Positions 25,893 to 38,082 are shown, numbered from the stretch's first letter. The stretch: DNA of 64,000 nucleotides from Sphaerodactylus townsendi (GCF_021028975.2 NC_059428.1:138880001-138944000), one strand, 5' to 3'. Notes: generated by a model from the letters alone, not told the origin. Translations and numbers: made by a program.

Positions 25893-26879
25893 TCCTGATT
25901 TGGTTGGGGATCGGAGTGCCCTTCCCGCCACCTAATAGGAGGTATAAAAACATTCTAATTCCAGCTTTTTTCCATTACAACACTGTTCTCTGTGTCGCCT
26001 TTTTATCTTCACAACAACTCTGTGAGGTAGTTTAGGCTAAGAGAGGTTAAGTCTAAGCAGGGATGCGATGCAAAGAAAATATGAAAAAACCTCTTGACCC
26101 AAACTAAATATTATTGTAAGACTCTGGTTAACAACAATACAGAATTATCAAAAAATATATTTACTTAGTGTGCATGTTGTACAGAAAAAATGCCTGTTAA
26201 AAACATGCTTACTCTATAATGTGTATAATGCTAATTATGTATATTTTTGATAATTTTGTATTGTACGCTCGTTCATTGATATTGAATAGGGATGCAAACC
26301 TCTAACATTTTAGAATTTGCTTCCCGTGGCTAATGGGTGACACTTTAGTTTGAATTCATTTGCACGCTGCCGTTTCCACCAATACGGACCCAAAGTGGCT
26401 CAAATCATTCTCCTCACTTACTTTCATGTTCTCCCCACAACAACTTTGTGAGGGAAGTGAGGCTTTGAGGATATGATGGGCCCAAAGTCACCCAGCGAGC
26501 TTCCGTGGCATTAAGTGGGGATTCGAACCCGAGTCCGACACTCTGTGCCTCTATGCCATACTTGGCCCCTAAGGAGGCGTTGGGTCGTAGAGGCGCCTGA
26601 GGGGCTCAGTCCTGAGTGTGCATGGAAGAGGCACGGAAGGTCAGACTAGAATCCGAGAGACCCAGGTTCGAGTCCCCACGCTGCCATGGACGCTCGCTGG
26701 GTGACCGTCCGTTCACAAACTTTCAGACGAGCCTCCCTCACAGGATTGTCGTAAGGATAAGAGAGAAGTGAGACTCCGTCGGCTGCTTTGGATTCGCCCA
26801 GGGGAGAAAGACGGAAGCCGATCAAGACCGCTCTGCGAGGAAAGCCTCGCCCTCAGACCTAACCCTGCAGGGTCCCACT

Positions 26880-27800
26880 CCCAGGCGCCTTTGCAGGACT
26901 CACCGTGGAGCGCTCCTGCAAGGCTAGTCTCAGCTTCGCTCCAAGACAGATCGTGGGAATGCGGGCAGCAGGGAACGTGCAGGATCCTCGCGGCCGCCTC
27001 CCTTGTAACTCCGCGCCAGCGCCTCCAGAGGGCGCGCTTGCGCCCCTTGCTGACACCGCCGAAGCCGAAGGGGGCAGGCGCGCCTCCCTGGCAGCTTCAC
27101 TCCGCCGTCGTTCGAAGGGGAGGGCAGTATGTGGCGTCACGCGCACGCCCCTTTCCCCGATGCATTTAAAGGCCCAGAGGTTGCGTCACAGAGGTGGGGC
27201 GGGGCTTACCCGGCGCGCGCGCCTCACTTCGCTGCTCGGGGTCCGGCCGAGGAGGTGACCGGAAGTGCAGCTACCGGGCCCTAAAAGAAGACGCGGAAGT
27301 GGACTGAGGTGCCGGCAGGTGAGGGGGGTGCCTCCGAGCATGTGCAGAGTGTCCCGTTAGCCGCCACCACCTCTTGCACCGAGCTGGGCTTCGTGGAGGT
27401 AGATTGCTCCTGCTGGTGGAGGCTCCATTCCCGGGAGCCGAGGCACGGCGATGTCCCCGGGCCCCTTCTGGTTGGTGGAGTGCGGCCTCGGCAGAGTAGG
27501 GCGCGGCGGTGGCCGCCTGTGGGAGATCCCGCAGCCCTGCGAGGTAGGCCAGCGTGGCCGGGGGGTGCGGGGGCAAAGGAGGCTGCGCGGAAGTAGCCCG
27601 CTGCAGAGAGGCCCTGGCCGGCCGTGGGGCCAAATTGGCGCCTGGGCCGTGGAGGGGGGGACGACTGCGCCTCCACATGTCCCCGTGGAGACAGAGGGCC
27701 GCTTTGTCGCTGGCTGGCACCGCCGGCTGCGCAGCCACAGGGGCGCTTTGTCCTCCTCCGCCCGCCTGGGCTGCCTGCATCTGGGCCTCCCCGCCATCGG
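26880..27800. promoter_or_regulatory. Bidirectional CpG-island promoter of NMRAL1 (-) and HMOX2 (+)
   Basis: CpG island with ETS/GABP motifs CCGGAAGT (27259-27266) and GCGGAAGT (27293-27300), two GCGTCA CRE half-sites and a GC box. Minus-strand donors follow 27210 and 26904. A plus-strand donor CAG|GTGAGG follows 27318. Confidence 0.75.
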
Positions 27801-28078
27801 GCCCCTCCTGCCCCCCTGAGAGCGGTGTGACTTACTGCCTTGCGAGGTGGGCCCACAGGCTGCACGACCCTTGCCCAGGCCGGGCCTATTCTTGCTGTCG
27901 GAAGGGCTGGCTGTCCTAGTGGGGACTGAGCAGGATCCTGCGGAGGGAGGCAGCTGCGGGGCGGGGGGGGGGGAATCCCCAAGCACAGCAGCCAGGCGGC
28001 CCAGCTCAGCCGTCTCATGTGGCTCTTTGTGTGCAAGACAGGAGAAGAGCTGAGTGAGGCCTCCAAGGGACCAGACCG

Positions 28079-29709
28079 ATGGAGAGGACACTGCCGTCCG
28101 AGGCTGCCACCGAGGGACTGGAAGTGCCCGAGGAGACCCTCTCCTATGAGGATCTGGAAGAGGAGGGCAGCACCAGGTGAGTGCTCCTCTTCCTGGGGAT
28201 GGAGACGGGACTCTCGTGGCGAGAGAAGTGGCCAAATCAGTCCCTGCAGTCTCAAGTGGGTTGGATGCTTCTACCCGGATCATGGCAACCTTTTAAAAAC
28301 AGCACCTCTTACCAGGCCGCAGGTCAAGCAGGGCCTCCAGTGGGCTGCCGCTTCTTCAGGGACTGAATCTGCCCCACAGCAGGATTACCACCCTGGCTCT
28401 TAAGTAAGGGGTGGGCACAGCTCAACTCCCCCCTGCAAGGCTCCAGTAAGGGAACCTGGCCCGTGTATCTGCTCTTGTGAAAGACTCTGACCAGCCCACT
28501 TGAGCCAGTCATGTTGGGGGCCCCCTGGGAACGCTCTGCTGTCCAGGAAGGTGGAAGAGGTGAGGCAGGCTCTGAGATCATCTTGCGAGCTGCAGTGGTC
28601 CTGACCTCCTTGGAAGGTGAACTTGGGGACTCATCCTGCCTGTGCCGGGGGGAAGCTGCTCTCTGGAAAGGGCGCTTCAGGAGTCTCTTCCAAGGTGCCT
28701 GGATTCCTGCCTTGCTCTCTTGGGAGAGCCTCCTGCGCACACCCTCCTGACCAATGGGGCAGCTTCCTCATTAAGGCCTCCGGCCCCCCCAGTCCTCAAG
28801 GACAGAGTAGCTCCAGAGCCGAAGAGCTGGCACAGGAGTTGGGGGTCAGGCCACGGTGCTGTTGACGGGGTTTGAGTTTGAAATAGGGAGTGGGCATTGC
28901 CATGGGGTGCATTACATTTTGGCAGGGACCACTCCTGGATCCTGTATGGGGGCTTCTGGCAGGGCCTGATCAATGCTGTTGGAGAGACCAAAAGCTTGAG
29001 AAGTTCCCCGCCCCCCTCCTTAAACTGCGGTGTGAAAACAATCACACCGCATTCAGCAACTGCATCCACGTCTCTGGCCGTTCTCAGTGCTCTGGATAGG
29101 CCTTGCTGGGACAAGGTCTGCTGTCAGCTGGTTTTGGATTATCCTGATTCATGGGGAGCTTGTTGGCGCGGAAAATCAAATGCTGGCTCGGGTCTGGATG
29201 CAGTCGTGGTGTTGGAAGCGGGCCTGCCCACAACCATGGATATGACCCTTGTCAGTGGCCAGGATGAGCCCCTGAGGGTAGCTTGCTGTTAATTTGTTGT
29301 TGTTCCATGCCCCGTAGCAGCTGAAGGGACAGAAGCACCCCTGAGTCGTGGAGCATTTCGTCCTGTAGGCGTTGGCTCCAGACGGAGTACCAAATCTGGT
29401 TCAGGGTTTTAGTTCTGACATCTAAAGCCCTAAATGGCCTGGGACCAGCATACCTATGGGACCACCTCTCTCAATATGACCCCACTCACCTAGTAACAAT
29501 ATCCGATGATCCCCGGTCTGAAGAGCATCTGGCTGTCCTCGGCTTTCTCTATCATAGCCCAGGCCTGGCGGAACACTTGGTCCAATGAGACCGGGGCCCT
29601 GTGGAACTGCTGAGTCCCTCCTGCTGGGCCTGCAAGACAGATGTGCTTCGCCAGGGTTAGGGTACAGTTGAGAGCAGCAACAGGTGTGTTTCCATATTAG
29701 CTGGCTTCC

Positions 29710-29776
<67 letters not shown>

Positions 29777-32700
29777 TCCTTTTTCTCTTTCCTTTCTCTT
29801 GTTCAGTTATATTGGATCTGTTTAAGATACAGGGTTGGGAATTTTTCTGAGCCATTCCATCCTTGATTGGACTAAGCACCATCTTTATGTATCTTTATAC
29901 TGTTTATATGTTTTAGTGTATTATGGTTATTATAATTTTATGTGTTATAATTTTCATTGTTTTTATTCCATGGCAGATGGCAGAGGAGAGCAGGAAAAAC
30001 CTCAAATAAATAACAGGCCAAATCAAACGGCTTCTTCTTTTCATCCCCTTGATCCTAGCTTTAAAAAAAACAAAACTCTTGTCTTCCTCTCTCTCCCAGG
30101 AGCCCCACAGACCTGTCAGAGCTGCTGAAAGAAGGGACCAAGGAGTCGCATGACCGGGCTGAGAACACTCAGTTTGTCAAAGACTTCCTGAAAGGGAAAA
30201 TCAAGAGGGAGCTTTTCAAGGTAGGCCCCGCTTCTTTCTCCTGGTCCTGTGGACATGTGAGGCTGTCGCTCAGGGTGACAGCCTTTTGTAATCAGTGAGT
30301 GCTGCCTTGGAGTAACAGCTGAGTCAGTACCAGCAGTTTGCATGACTTGAAATAGACCTCTGAACCAGAGTGCCAATTGCCAGGTTCATTATCCATAAAG
30401 TTTCTGCAGCCCAAACAGCGGTCACAGTGATGCTTTTATTAGAAAGTAGTGAGCTCCAGGCCTCTCAAGTAATGAACATATATACCAGGTGTGTTTGTGT
30501 TCATGCACTGGCCTAAAATTGTGTTTGGGATTACTGGCACTTCCCCTCTACCATTTTCCCTTTCTCTAAAGTCTTGCTGAGAATCCCTCCAGTCCCTTAG
30601 AAAGATCTGTGGCTGCTATTCCCCTTACACGCAAAACAGAAATGTTCAAGAGGATATGTGTAAAGAATCCAGCCTCCCGTGCAGTCAGCCAGTCTAGCTG
30701 CGGGCTTTTGTAATGGAACAGGGCTGTCACCCTATTGCAGCATTTATTGAATTCATGGTCTTATCTCGTTTCTGTGTCTTTTTCTTGTACATTTTTGCAT
30801 CCTGCTCTTGGCCTTGTTCATAGTATGAGAGGGAGTTTCAGTTGGTGGTTCATAGAGAGGGAGTTTCAGTTGGTGGTTCTGCTAACACACAGGTGCAAAG
30901 CAGTAGGACCACCACCACCCCAACCCCCAAGCTGAATTCTTCTTTCAATGCAGATGGTGATGTTCTTCTGTTGTAATCTTTGCATTCTTTATAACACCCC
31001 TCCCACTTTCTGGATATTTAAAGATGCAGATGTATCAATTCCTGTTTGTGTCTGAAGAGAGCTGTGACTCCCATAAATTGGCACCCTGGAGCTCTTGTTG
31101 GCCTCTGAAATCCTACTAGCCTCAAATCTAACTGTTCCACTTGCTCTGTCATCTAGTTTTGTTGAAATCCTGTCTAGTGGGAATCTCAGATCAGCTGAGT
31201 GAATTGCAGGGTTCCGCTCCCCCCGGCCCTGTATTTTCTGTCTTAGTGAGAAAAGCAGGCTCTAAATGAAGACAACAAACAAATACTCTTAGCATCCCAC
31301 CTACTCCACCGCTATTCCTCAATGGCCTGTTTAGTTTTCCTGTTCCTGGCTTCAGGGTGCTTTATGGCCCTCCCCGGGTCGAATCTCGTCTCCGGCAGGT
31401 GGCTCCGTCTCCACACTGCTATTGTGGAGTTTGCAGGGCCCTGGAGAACAGTGGGATCAAGGGAAAGGCTAGTCAGGGATTAAATCAGAAATCCAGACGG
31501 ACTTGCCTTCTGCTGCACCCAGGTTGACAACCTGCTGAGCAAGGGACAGCCCCCGCTGTGAACTTCTCTTCCTCCTGCCAGATTCCACAAAGGCCTCCTT
31601 GAAGCCACACCTGACCTGCTCCTTGCTGGGAACGGAGAGGGGACCAGGAAAGTGTGGGGACAAGGGCCAGAGAACTGTCTGACTGCCTTTCCTTGGTTGC
31701 TTGCTGGGTTGGGTCCCCCGGAGAATGTTTCTGCCAGAGGCAGTCCCTGGTGAGAGGGGGCCAGTGGCAGACGGAGCCCCTCACACGCTTTGCTTCCCTT
31801 GCAGCTTGGGACAGTGGCACTCTTCTACACCTACTCTGCTCTGGAGGAAGAAATGGAGCGCAACAAGGACCACCCAGCATTCGCACCTCTGTATTTCCCA
31901 CTGGAGCTGCACCGGAAGGAGGCCCTGGAGAAAGACCTGGAGTATTTCTACGGGGAAGATTGGCAGGGGAAGATCCGGTGCTCGGAAGCAGCCCAGAGCT
32001 ACGTGGACCGGATCCGGCATATTGGGCAGAATGAGCCAGAACTGCTAGCAGCCCACGCCTACACCCGCTACATGGGGGACCTCTCTGGAGGGCAGGTGTT
32101 GAAGAAGGTGGCCCAGCGAGCACTGAGGCTGCCCAGCACTGGCGAAGGGGTCCAGTTCTACACCTTTGAGAACATCCCCAATGCCCAGCAGTTCAAGCAG
32201 CTCTACCGGGCGCGGCTGAACGCCCTGGACTTGGAGCAGGAGACCAAGGAGCGCATCGTCCAGGAGGCCAACAGAGCCTTCGAGTTCAACATGCAGGTAC
32301 GGAGGGCTGGAGTGTTTGCACACCCCTCGTCGCAATGAGGTTCCTGCTTCCGCTCCTGGGTGTTTCTGAAGCCAAGAGGGGGTTGCTGTGGGTTTGGGTT
32401 GGGGGCCTGGTCCAGCATTTCCTTGCAGGAGTTTCAGCTTGATTTTCCTCATGGCAGCTGGTCCCGTCAGCCTTCTATCACGAAAGGGGGTACTTTTGTG
32501 GCACAGTTTCTCCCCCACCTCCCTCCCTGTCCACTGCGAGACAAGCAAGGATGTAGGTAAAGGGGGGGTTCTCGGGTTCAACCCCCCCATTCATGTCCGA
32601 AGCTCCGTCCCTCCGTTTGTGGGTTTTAAAAACATTTTAGGGGGGGTTGGTTTTTGGCCTGTAGGGGGGCATTGTTTGGGCTAGCAGCACCAAACTTTCC

Positions 32701-34407
32701 AGGATTGCTTGGGGGACTCTCCTGATGATACTAGCTGGGTTTGGTGAAGTTTGGTCCAGGGGGTCCAAAGCTATGGACTCCCAAAGGGGGTGCCCCCATC
32801 CTCCATTGTTTCCAATGGGAGCTAATAGGAGATGGGGGCTACACCTTTGAGGGTCCAAAGTTATGGAACCAAACTTCACCAAACCTGGGTGGTATGATTA
32901 GGAGAGTCTCCTAAAGATACCCTGAAAGTTTGGTGCTTCTAGCTTAACAATTGCACTCCTGACAGCAGGCACCCCCCACATTTCCCCAGATTCTTCTTTT
33001 AAATCCACCCCCTTCGGCATGAATTTAAAGGGAGAATCTGAGATCCTCAGTTTAGAAGAAGAAGAGTTTGGATTTATATCCTCCCTTTGTAGGAGACTCA
33101 AAGGAGCTTACAATCTCCTTGCCCTTCCTCCCTCACAACAAACACCCTGTGAGGGGGGTGGGGCTGAGGGAGCTCCGAAAAGCTGTGACTAACCCAAGGT
33201 CACCCAGCTGGCGTGTGTGGGAGAGCACAGGCTAATCTGAATTCCCCAGTTAAGCCTCCACAGCTCAAGCGGCAGAGCAGGGAATCAAACCCGGTTCCTC
33301 CAGATTAGAATGCACCTGCACTTAACTACTACGCCACACTGAAAGTGATGCTGTTTCAGGGTGGGGGATAATCCACCCCAAAACAGCATCACTTTCAATG
33401 TTGTTTAACCAGGGACCCCAGTTTCTCCCTTTAAGGTGGATTCAAAAGGAGAATTTGGGCTCTCTAGTTTAAACACCATTGAAAGTGATGCTGTTTGGGG
33501 GTGGGTTCCAGCATCACAGCAGCTTCCGGGGAGGGTGGGGGGCTCCGATTTTGCACCGGGCTCCATTTTCCCTCTATGCCTCTGCCCAGAAGGGAAGGCA
33601 GAAAAAACTGTGGCCCCACCCCCGAACCCCCCCACCCCCATTAAAAATCTATACCTACGTCCCTGGAGGCCGTGGCAGTGTGCGCCTTGAAACAGGCCCC
33701 CACCCTCTGGCTCTCCTTTCCCCTCCTTGGCTTACTCCCAGGGAAACCAGCACCGTGCGCAGAGGTCACTCATAGCTGGGGCTGCTGCTGTTGTCTTGCC
33801 TGCAGGTTTCTAGTCCATTTATGATATTTTTAAAAATCTAGTAGTTCATGTAAGAGCCTCAGGACTAGCAGGCAGTGGTTTCAGAGTGCTCTTGCTGCTG
33901 CATCCCCCCTCCCCTCCCACTGAAATATACCTGCGCGATTCCCCCAGACAACTTGGCAGCTGCTGGTCACGAGGGTGCATCTGGGCTGGAGGCCAAGGAA
34001 GAAGGAAGGTCAACAGAGGGCAGGAAAACAAAACACCCCCCCCAGCTCATGCTCCTCTTGGCTTTCTCTGCAGGTTTTCGACGAGCTGGACAAGATTGGG
34101 GCTCTGGTTGTGGAAGAAGTCCAAGATGGCGGCCTCCCTGTGCATGATGGGCGAGGGGACATGCGCAAATGCCCCTACTACGCCGCCAAACTCGGTGGGT
34201 TTCCTCCTCCTGCCTTCTGGCTTGCTCACACCACCTTCTGCGGCTAACGGCGCTTTCCCTTTCTCTCTCCCTCCCACAGCTGGCAGTGAGGGCACCGGCT
34301 GCCCTTACCACCTCGCCCTGGCCATGCTGAAGCAGCCCCCCGTCCAGCTGGCTCTCGCTGCCTGCGTGGCACTTGTGGCAGGGGTGGCCGCCTGGTATAT
34401 GATGTGA
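28079..34407 (+). CDS. HMOX2: Heme oxygenase 2, ~319 aa
   Basis: Exons 28079-28176, 30100(or 30103)-30220, 31805-32296, 34074-34194, 34280-34407, in phase. [39 protein letters not shown], heme-regulatory CP motifs KCPYY and GCPY, C-terminal membrane anchor ending AWYMM. Confidence 0.97.
29380..29680 (+). mobile_element. L2 LINE ORF2 C-terminal fragment
   Basis: Translates to [22 protein letters not shown], typical of the L2 ORF2 end. Confidence 0.65.
29710..29776. repeat. (TTTC)n microsatellite
   Basis: About 16 units. Confidence 0.95.
32546..33665 (-). mobile_element. Non-autonomous hAT element, copy 2, interrupted by a SINE
   Basis: Inverted homolog of 5063-6029 with ends CAAGGATGTAGGT...ACCTACGTCCCTG. 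TSD is not conserved. Confidence 0.8.
33054..33340 (-). mobile_element. Squam3-like SINE nested in the hAT element
   Basis: Full-length copy that is absent from the homologous element at 5063-6029. Confidence 0.85.
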
Positions 34408-34896
34408 GCTGCCCGGGGGCGACGACTGCAGAAGACCACGTCTGCACTGGGTTGGCAGGACTGCACCTTCTTCCCACAGGCTTAAGGAACAATTAAAATC
34501 CAGTGCACAACAACCAAGTGCCCGACTCTTGCGTCTGAGGAAGGGGCCCCGCAGTTAGTGATCAGGGGCACCTGGGCTGTCTGTCGCACATAAAGGCTGC
34601 AGAAACTCATCCTTATCCTGGGAAGAGCTGTTCACCTTATCTTCCCCCCCCCCCTCTGGTAGAGGTGGGGTTTGGTCTTCCTCAGCTGTCAGCTGGAGGA
34701 CACAAGGTAAGGCACCCCCCACCCCACCCCCAGCTTGTGCCTCCCCTTGGCAGTCCTGGGTGACTGTGAAATTCCAGGCCCAGGACACCAACCCCAAGTT
34801 GCAGGGCAAGAAGGGACCACTGACTTGCGCCAACAGAGACAAAACGAACCGCTTAATTGTCATGTAACTTATGGACAATGATGGGGCCTCTCCCAC

Positions 34897-34902
34897 AATA
34901 AA
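34897..34902 (+). terminator. HMOX2 polyadenylation signal AATAAA
   Basis: Canonical hexamer followed by a GT/T-rich tract. A proximal ATTAAA is at 34492-34497. Confidence 0.7.
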
Positions 34903-35024
34903 GCTTATTGTTTGCTGTCTTCAGAATTGTTCTCTGATGGGGGTGCAACACACAAGCCTTTCAGGTCATAACTGGCCCCCATTTGGCTCTTGCCCCAGGC
35001 AGTCTTGAGGCCCACGTGCTAGAA

Positions 35025-35699
35025 CAGGGGTCTGCAACCCGCGGCTTCAGTCTTTCAGCCTTCTACTCCAGCTTTCAGCCTTATACTGCAGCTCCACGTG
35101 GCCTGGGAGGGTAGCGTGGGCGTGTCCCTCCAGCCCTCCAGAGCAGCGCTGAAAGGAAAGGTGAGTGGAGGGGCCGAACCGGAGGCGGCTCCGTGCGTGA
35201 GGGCGCCGCTTTCTGCGTCCTCTCCACTCACCTCTCCTTCCAGCGATGTCTGGAGGGTTGGAGGGACATGCCCACGCTGCCCTCCGACCCCTGGAAGTCG
35301 GAGGGTAGCGTGGGCATGTCCCTCCAGAGCAGCTGCCATCCCCCCTCCGCCTTCCCCACAGCCGCCATCCCCCATCTGCCCCATGGAGCAGGTGGCTGCC
35401 TGCTCCGTCGGGCAGAGGGGATTTCCCTGCCCGGTGCCGCTGCCTCCCGCAGCGCGAGACGCAGCGGCACTGGGCAGGCCGCAGACGCCATCCCCCCTCT
35501 GCCCCACGCTGCCTGCTCCATTGGGCAGAGGGGGTTTCCCTGCCTGGCGCCTCCGCCTCCCAGCACTGGAAGGAAAGGTGAATGGAGGGTCTGAACTGCA
35601 GACGGCTCTGCTGAGCCCCCTCTCTGGCTCGATAGATCTTCAGGGCCGTGGAAAACAGGTCCAAATGGCTCTTTGGGTGGTAAAGGTTGCCTACCCCTG
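35025..35699. mobile_element. Non-autonomous hAT (Charlie-like) element with GC-rich internal repeats
   Basis: TIRs CAGGGGTCTGCAACC / GGTTGCCTACCCCTG and perfect TSD TGCTAGAA (35017-35024, 35700-35707). Confidence 0.85.
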
Positions 35700-36488
35700 T
35701 GCTAGAAGAACCACCGCCCTAGATGGGGGGTGGGGGGATGGGCGGACAATGGGAATCACCTGTGGCCCAGCCCACTTGGAGGAAAAATGACCCCAAGGCC
35801 ATAGGATGGAGAACCAGCCCTGGGCAAGGGGGCTTGCAATGGAGTCCTCCCCCCCCCCCCGATAAGGAGTCAGATGGGGAGGGGGCTGGAAGAGGTTTTT
35901 CCTCCCTGCAGCTGTTGGTAAACTGTGGCGATCAGCAGGAAGGCTACACGTTGTGTCTCAGCAGAGCAGCCCAACCACTCCCCCTTGAGCAAAAGGCCAC
36001 TGCCTTTTCTCTCTGCCCAGGTGGCTCGGAATTCCCCTCCCCTCTGAGGGACAGCAGCTCTCCCTGGGCAGCCCTTCAAGGGGGGCAGCCTGCCCCCTTT
36101 CCTTGATATGAACGGGCTGGGCACTTCCCACCTTGGGAAAGCTCCAGGAAAAGCAGAGGAGGGGTTGGGGTGCCCCCCACCCCAGGCAGGCACTTCTGAA
36201 AGCAGCAGGAGAGACAAGCGGCAAGAATGCGAAAGGACCCCTCGAGCAGCGGGACCAGATGGGGCCGGGGGTTTCCTGCAGCTCTCCAACCCCTCCCCCA
36301 GCTGCTGGTCAGCAGGATCTCTCGGTTTGCCTCCTGGGCCCAGCCAAACAGCAGGTGCACCACACAGAATCCTAGAATTGGAAGAGACCCCAAGGGCCAT
36401 CCAGTCCAACCCCCTGCCATGCAGAAGCACACAATCAAAGCACTCTTGACAGATGGCCATCCGGCCTCTCTTTAGAAATCTTTAAAGG

Positions 36489-36782
36489 AGCAGCAGTGGC
36501 CTAGTGGCTAAGAGCAGGTGTACTCTAATCTGGAGAACCAGGTTTGATTCCCCACTCTGCCGCCTGAACTGTGGAAGCTTATCTGGGGAATTCAAATTAG
36601 CCTATGCACTCCCACAGACACCAGCTGGGTGACCTTGGGCTAGTCTCAGTTCTTGGGAGATCTCTCAGCCCCACCCACCTCACAGGGTGTTTGCTGTGTG
36701 TTGGGGGGCAGGGAAAGGAGATTGTCAGCCCCTTTAAGTATACAGGAGAGAAAGGGGGGGATATAAATCCAACTCTTCTTCT
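36489..36782 (+). mobile_element. Squam3-like SINE nested in CR1
   Basis: A-box and B-box head, (CTT)n tail, flanking TAAAGGAG direct repeat. Confidence 0.85.
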
Positions 36783-37220
36783 AAAGGAGACTCCACCACT
36801 CTCCGAGTGACTTCCACTATCGAACAGCCCTGATGGTCAGGAAGTTCTTCCTAATGTTTAGGTGGAATCTCTTTTCCTGCACCTTCAATCTATTACTCCT
36901 GGTCCTAGTCTCTGAGGCAGCAGAAAACAAGCTTGCTCCCTCTTCGACACGACATCACTTCAAATATTTAAACATAGTTATCATGTCCCCCTTTCACCTT
37001 CAATTCTCCAGACTGAACATCCCCAGCTCCCTAAGCCTCTCTTTGTAGGGCATGGACTCCAGACCTTTGACCATTTTGGTTGCCCTCCTCTGGACCCATT
37101 CCAGCTAGTCAATATCCTTCTTGAACTGCAGTGCCCAGAACTGTACACAGTATTCCAAGTGAGGTCTAACCAATGCAGAATAGAGAGGTACAATTACATC
37201 CCTCGATCTAGACACTATAC

Positions 37221-37554
37221 CAGTGTTTCTCAACCTTTTTGACATCACGGTATCCTTGACCTCACTCTTCATATCTCACGGTACCGCTGCCATCCTCCCC
37301 CCCACCTTCCCCTCCCAGAGCCCCTGCTTGCCACCCCCCACCTTCCCCTCCCAGGGTGAAGGGCAGCACTGGGGGGTGGGGGAGATTGGCTGCTGACCTT
37401 GCGGCAGGCCCTGTCTCCTGGGCAGTTCCATGTTCTTGCTAGTGCCGGCGGGAGACACCACAAAAGTGAGGGGGGCTGGTAGTGTTGCCGCAGTACCCTT
37501 GGGACATGCTCATCACACCCCTGGGTACCACGGAACCCTGGTTGGGAATTGCTG
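37221..37554. mobile_element. hAT MITE nested in CR1
   Basis: Ends CAGTGTTTCTCAACC / GGTTGGGAATTGCTG and perfect TSD CACTATAC. Confidence 0.8.
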
Positions 37555-38082
37555 CACTATACTCTTATTGGTACAGCCCAGAATCACATTGGCTTTCTTG
37601 GCCACTGCATCACACTGCTGACTCATGTTTCGTTTATGGTCTCCTAAGTCTCCAAGATCCCTTTCACATGTAGTGTTGTAAAGCCAGGTGTCACCCATCC
37701 TGTATCTGTGTGTTTCATTTTTTCTGCCTCAGTGTAAAGTAGAATTTCACATTTATCTCTGTTGAAATTCATTTTGTTTGTTTTAGCCCAACTCTATAAT
37801 CTGTCCAGGTCATTTTGAATTCTGACTCTGTCCTCTGGGGTATCAACTCCCCCTCCTAAATTGGTGTAATCTGCAAATTTGATTAGCATGCCCACTCTTC
37901 CAAGTTGTTGATAAAAAATATTGACTAGCACTGGGGCCAGGACCAAACCCTGCAGCACCCCACTAGTCACTTCTCTCCAGGGTGAAGAGCAGCCATTTGG
38001 GTCTGGTCAGTCATGGCTGCCTTGGCTCCCTGCTGAAAACCAGTTGCACACGCACACAAGTTGTTGTTGGGGAGGGCTGTCT

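Larger units (their letters stand above)
36363..38010 (-). mobile_element. CR1 LINE 3' fragment with nested insertions
   Basis: CR1 ORF2 motifs (NMSQQCDAVAKKANVILGC; TSGVLQGLVLAPVLVNIFINNL) and a CR1 tail near 36365. Interrupted by a SINE and a MITE. Confidence 0.85.

Noticed and set aside
27271-28283. Minus-strand ORFs of 308-324 aa
   Set aside because: CpG-island artefacts antisense to HMOX2 exons 1-2, with no recognisable domain.
29977-30060. Alternative HMOX2 ATG after CAG at 29974-29976
   Set aside because: It lies at the edge of an L2-derived AT-rich tract and reaches an in-frame TAA at 30007-30009. The exon at 28079-28176 fits phase and homology.
35047-35790. ORFs of 205-230 aa downstream of HMOX2
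   Set aside because: They lie within a GC-rich non-autonomous hAT element and have no transposase motifs.
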